This document shows, piece by piece, positions 35,005-38,461 of a stretch of 38,461 nucleotides of DNA. The DNA lies in the IMG/VR virus record IMGVR_UViG_3300033485_000043, positions 1 through 38,461 of that record; one strand, given 5' to 3'. Positions within the stretch are counted from its first letter, which is position 1. Each line of letters begins with the position of its first letter. The notes under the pieces were generated by a model. That model had not been told where the DNA came from and made no database searches. It worked only from the letters and a program-made list of their open reading frames with translations. Both the position numbers and the translations under genes were made by a program. This DNA comes from a virus. Taxonomy: Duplodnaviria; Caudoviricetes.

Positions 35005-35421
35005 TTGCCTTTTTTGTCCAAATTTCAGGATGACCCCCGTGGCACCGTATCCGATTGGATTCAAAGCACCCTGCTCCGTTCCGGGGTTCCAGTAGCGGAG
35101 ATAGCGGCCAAAATCGGCAAATCTGAAGATTTAATCTATAAATGGGCCAACAAAAACGCCGAGCAGTGCATCCCCGCCCACGCCTTAATCACCCTCATAT
35201 CAACATCTGGCGACCACACCATTTTACGCGAGTTGGCGGAGATGTTCGGGTTTGATCTTCTTCCCAAGCGCATCAGCCTTCCCGCCAACGGCAACCTGCT
35301 GGAAACCCTGAAGGCCCTGGTTAAGGCCCTGGAAGGGGAAGTGGTGGAGGACCGGGAATTTTCCCGGGCGGCGACGGGGCGGTCCGCCGGCCAAACCACC
35401 TTTCCCCGGGAGCGGGAGTGA
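35005..35421 (+). CDS. CII-like phage regulatory protein
   Basis: VAEIAAKIGKSEDLIYKWAN..LITLISTSGDHTILRELAEMFG; follows cro. Confidence 0.7.
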   Translation: MPFLSKFQDDPRGTVSDWIQSTLLRSGVPVAEIAAKIGKSEDLIYKWANKNAEQCIPAHALITLISTSGDHTILRELAEMFGFDLLPKRISLPANGNLLETLKALVKALEGEVVEDREFSRAATGRSAGQTTFPRERE

Positions 35422-35636
35422 TGACGGCAGACACCTGTGCGGCCTGCCGCAATTATGCCGACGCCCTGGAGGCCGAGGCCTACTGCTTCGGCAAGGACGG
35501 GGTGGTGGCCGGCACCGGCTGGTGCGAGGAGTTTGTGCACCACTCCCAGCGGTTTTGCCTGCAAACCGTGGAAGAGCTGGGGCCGGTGCCGCCGGCGTTC
35601 GCAACTAAAGAGGCCGGGCCATGCCGGGGAAAGTGA
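35418..35636 (+). CDS. Small Cys-rich hypothetical protein
   Basis: CAAC..YC..WCEEF; GTGA coupling. Confidence 0.6.
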   Translation: MMTADTCAACRNYADALEAEAYCFGKDGVVAGTGWCEEFVHHSQRFCLQTVEELGPVPPAFATKEAGPCRGK

Positions 35637-35791
35637 TAGTAGAGCTGACCTGGTGGGGCCGGGTCCTGGTACATGGCCTGGCCCTGGCGATGCGGCTTGG
35701 CCTGGTGGAGCCTACGGTGGCCCGGGCCGAGGGGATGGCGGATTGGCTGCTGAAAGTGGGGGCGGTGCGGGTGGAGGTTAGGGATGGGTGA
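35621..35791 (+). CDS. 56-aa hypothetical protein
   Basis: Own translation MPGKVIVELTWWGRVL...VRDG; GAGG RBS; fills the gap between neighbours. Confidence 0.5.
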   Translation: MPGKVIVELTWWGRVLVHGLALAMRLGLVEPTVARAEGMADWLLKVGAVRVEVRDG

Positions 35792-36662
35792 GCCGGGACA
35801 GACGCCCGGGGCCGCCACGGCGTTTCTCCCCTATCGCTGCGAGCGGTTGCGGGGGGACTACCTGCAATCGCCGTGCGGCCGGCAAGTAGCCGAGGCTGAG
35901 GCCCGGCGGCAGAAATTTCCCCAGGCCCTGTTAGGTCCCCTGGAGCATTGCTTGGCGTGCCGGGGGAGGGATTTGATCATCCGGGAGGCGGCGGCGGGAA
36001 AGATCGAGCCATCGGTCGAGCCATCGGTCGATTTGCCGGCGGCGGCCAAAAAAGCCAAAGAGGGGCAAAATATGGGAGGAGTCGTGGCTTGCAAAGATGA
36101 GGCGGAAGCGGCAAGGGTTTTGGGGCCGGGGAAGATTCCGGTCATAGCGGAATGCCTGCCGCCGCTGCCGGTTAAGGGCCAATTTTGCAAGTATCACCCT
36201 GAGGTTGAATCCCGCCGGAACAAGCACGGCACCTATATGGGCTTATGCCGGGAATGCCTGGCGGCCAGGGCCAGCCGGAATAGTCGGAATCGGGGCCAGA
36301 AGGCCCTTCATGCCAAGATGACCCATGCTGTGGCCCGGGATTTGGGGAAGAGGCCACCGGCACGGCTGCCGGATACCCCCCCTGATCCGCTTAGGTGCGC
36401 CACTCACAATCTGCCCATCAAGTTTAACCGCCTGGGGGTATCCATGGGGGGCTGCGAGGTTTGCCGCCAGGAAATCGCTTCTCCGGGCGGGCACCGGGCC
36501 ATGGATAAAGTAAATCAGGGCCCGCTGGAAAGGATTTTTGCGGAACATCCGGAGGAACTGGCCTGGTTGCGCCAACATTCCCAGGGACTGGTGCGGAAAC
36601 CGGAAGAACAGCTTATTTTTATCTGCCGGGTGCTCAAGGCAGACGGGGTTTACCGATTATGA
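35784..36662 (+). CDS. Hypothetical protein with repeated CxxH..CxxC zinc-binding motifs
   Basis: CKYH..GLCREC and CATH..GGCEVC. Confidence 0.65.
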   Translation: MGEPGQTPGAATAFLPYRCERLRGDYLQSPCGRQVAEAEARRQKFPQALLGPLEHCLACRGRDLIIREAAAGKIEPSVEPSVDLPAAAKKAKEGQNMGGVVACKDEAEAARVLGPGKIPVIAECLPPLPVKGQFCKYHPEVESRRNKHGTYMGLCRECLAARASRNSRNRGQKALHAKMTHAVARDLGKRPPARLPDTPPDPLRCATHNLPIKFNRLGVSMGGCEVCRQEIASPGGHRAMDKVNQGPLERIFAEHPEELAWLRQHSQGLVRKPEEQLIFICRVLKADGVYRL

Positions 36663-37051
36663 CCGGCGGCCTGGCCGCGGCCCTGCTCCTGGCCTGGCTG
36701 CAGACCTGCGCGGTGACCTACGGGGTGGAGCCGGAGTTCGCCTGGGCGGTGGCCCGGGTGGAGTCGGGGGTGCCGGGAACGGCGGCGATCCGCTGCGGTC
36801 CCCTGGGGCGGTCCGGGAAATACTACGGGCCCATGGGGATCAACCGGTGCTTCAAGGCTCGGTGGCCCATTGACAACGCCTTCGTCAACATCGAGGTGGG
36901 GGTCAAGGCCCTCCGGGGGGCGGACAAGCGGCGGGTGCTCCAGCGGTACAACGCCGCCTTCAATGAGGCCTACTACCGGGCGGTGATGGCACTCTACCGG
37001 CAGGCGAAGCGGGAGGGGAAGTTTTATGGCCAGGTTCAGACCCGGGGTTAG
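36659..37051 (+). CDS. Lytic transglycosylase (SLT)-like protein
   Basis: YGVEPEFAWAVARVES, GPMGIN, NIEVGVKAL, YNA motifs. Confidence 0.75.
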   Translation: MTGGLAAALLLAWLQTCAVTYGVEPEFAWAVARVESGVPGTAAIRCGPLGRSGKYYGPMGINRCFKARWPIDNAFVNIEVGVKALRGADKRRVLQRYNAAFNEAYYRAVMALYRQAKREGKFYGQVQTRG

Positions 37052-37208
37052 AGTGCAATACAGCGACGGGGTGATCTACCGGGTGATGCCGGACGGTTCA
37101 CACCGGCGGGAGGATGGGGGCAAGATGACTAAGGCGGAAAGGAAGGCCGGCAAAAGAAAAAAAGGTCCACAGATTGAAAACTTGGGCCACCGGGAGAATA
37201 ACCCATGA
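37026..37208 (+). CDS. Small basic hypothetical protein
   Basis: RBS, YRVMPDGSHRR. Confidence 0.55.
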   Translation: MARFRPGVRVQYSDGVIYRVMPDGSHRREDGGKMTKAERKAGKRKKGPQIENLGHRENNP

Positions 37209-37462
37209 GCAACAACCACAAGGGCAAAATGAAGGCGGTGCCGCCTCAATTCACCACTGTGGCGGCGCGATTGACCATCACCGCGTTTACCGACCGTCCG
37301 CCGACTTTGGAATGCGCCTGCAGTTTAGTGGAAGCCATGCTGCTGCTGAGCACGGGTCTGCAAATTATAGCTAATAGCATACAGCAGGCGAACAAGCCGC
37401 CGGCCCCGGCCGAGGCCGACCCCGTGGATAAGAAGCGGGAATACCTGGGGCCGAGGAAATAG
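37205..37462 (+). CDS. Hypothetical protein
   Basis: GGGAG RBS, ATGA coupling. Confidence 0.6.
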   Translation: MSNNHKGKMKAVPPQFTTVAARLTITAFTDRPPTLECACSLVEAMLLLSTGLQIIANSIQQANKPPAPAEADPVDKKREYLGPRK

Positions 37463-37463
37463 C

Positions 37464-38039
37464 ATGGCGTCATCCAAACCTCTCCTGATCGGGTTATCCG
37501 GCAAGGCCGGCAGCGGCAAGAGCACCGCCGCGAATTATTTGCGGCGAGTGTATGGATATCATCAATTTGCCTTCGCGACGGCCTTGAAGGATACCGTCGG
37601 GACGGCCTTCGGGTTCACTGAAGACCATCTGCATGGCGATCTGAAAGAAGAAATTGATCCCCGCTGGGGGGTTTCACCCCGCTGGTGTTTGCAGTGGCTG
37701 GGCACCGAGGTCCTCCGGAGCCGGTTTCCGGATATTTGGATCAGGCATCTGCGCCAAGACATTCTCGATTTTCTCTCAATTAACGGCCAGCGGCGTATCG
37801 TGGTGACCGACGTGCGCTTCCGGGATGAGGCGGAGGCCTTAAAGCGAATGGGGGCGGTGCTGATCAGGATTGAGCGGCCGGCGGCCGGCGCGCGCGCGGG
37901 GGTGCTGGGCCATATTTCCGAAACCGCGCTGGACACCTGGGCCGAATGGGACCACGTAATTCATAATACCGGAAGCCTGGAGGATTTTACCGACTTGTTG
38001 GACCTGGTGCTGTTTCATGACATGGAGGCCGCCGGGTAA
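37464..38039 (+). CDS. Deoxynucleoside monophosphate kinase
   Basis: IGLSGKAGSGKST, FATALKD, SPRWCLQWLGTE, VVTDVRFRDE, HISE motifs. Confidence 0.9.
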   Translation: MASSKPLLIGLSGKAGSGKSTAANYLRRVYGYHQFAFATALKDTVGTAFGFTEDHLHGDLKEEIDPRWGVSPRWCLQWLGTEVLRSRFPDIWIRHLRQDILDFLSINGQRRIVVTDVRFRDEAEALKRMGAVLIRIERPAAGARAGVLGHISETALDTWAEWDHVIHNTGSLEDFTDLLDLVLFHDMEAAG

Positions 38040-38042
38040 TTT

Positions 38043-38461
38043 ATGCCTCGCATCCGCACCATCAAGCCGGAGTTCTGGACTGATGAAAAGGTGGTGGAAC
38101 TATCATCGTGGGCGCGACTACTCTATATTGCCCTGTGGAATTTTTCCGATGATAATGGGGTAGTGGAAAATAAGCCGAAACAGATTAAAATGAGAGTTTT
38201 TCCGGCCGACGATCTTAAAATTGAACCCTTGATTGATGAACTGGTCACTCATCATCTGGTGAATGCTTACGAAGTGGATGGCGATAAATTTCTCTGCTGC
38301 AAAAATCTCCGTAAACATCAAATCATTGATAAACCAAGGAAATCCAATCTACCCTTACCACATGGAATTGATATCAATAGAAATCAACTGAAATCAACTG
38401 AAATCAGCTTAGGAAGGGAAGGGAAGGGAAGGGAAGAGGAAGGGAAGAGGAAAAGGAAGGG
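38043..38461 (+). CDS. Phage replication initiator/replisome organiser (truncated by window end)
   Basis: MPRIRTIKPEFWTDEKV..ARLLYIALWNFSDDNG..KHQIIDKP..GREGKG; open to the window end. Confidence 0.85.
   Translation, partial: MPRIRTIKPEFWTDEKVVELSSWARLLYIALWNFSDDNGVVENKPKQIKMRVFPADDLKIEPLIDELVTHHLVNAYEVDGDKFLCCKNLRKHQIIDKPRKSNLPLPHGIDINRNQLKSTEISLGREGKGREEEGKRKRK
38370..38409 (+). repeat. 10-bp iteron-like repeats inside the initiator gene
   Basis: GATATCAATA GAAATCAACT GAAATCAACT GAAATCAGCT. Confidence 0.65.

Noticed and set aside
36004-36031. 12-bp tandem repeat TCGAGCCATCGG
   Set aside because: In-frame coding duplication (EPSV x2) in a linker; no further significance evident

Overview
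This window is a near-complete temperate, HK97-like siphophage genome. It is GC-rich overall, with AT-rich patches. The + strand carries the late operon from 60 to about 27.6 kb: terS, terL, portal, ClpP-type protease, major capsid, head-tail joining genes, tail tubes, frameshifted tail chaperone, tape measure, tail tip/fibre genes and a lysis cassette. Next come an intact attP containing the 5' half of a tRNA-Lys(CTT), a tyrosine integrase and an excisionase. These are followed by a leftward early operon, a cI/cro switch and a rightward early operon (CII-like, SLT-like, dNMP kinase, replication initiator cut off by the window end). The most striking feature sits at the head of the leftward operon: a stand-alone RAMP/Cas7-like gene (34076-33393) and a partner gene, interleaved with two non-coding arrays of GGC-NN pentamers cut into 59-64 nt units. 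This looks like a non-CRISPR, programmable RNA-guided system (VIPR-like). Other notable items are a Com-type zinc-finger gene with direct repeats overlapping a terminator in front of the portal gene, and a NUMOD4-HNH endonuclease that appears to have replaced the 3' end of an AdoMetDC-like gene, leaving the old C-terminus behind. All calls come from reading the sequence by eye; no database searches were run.
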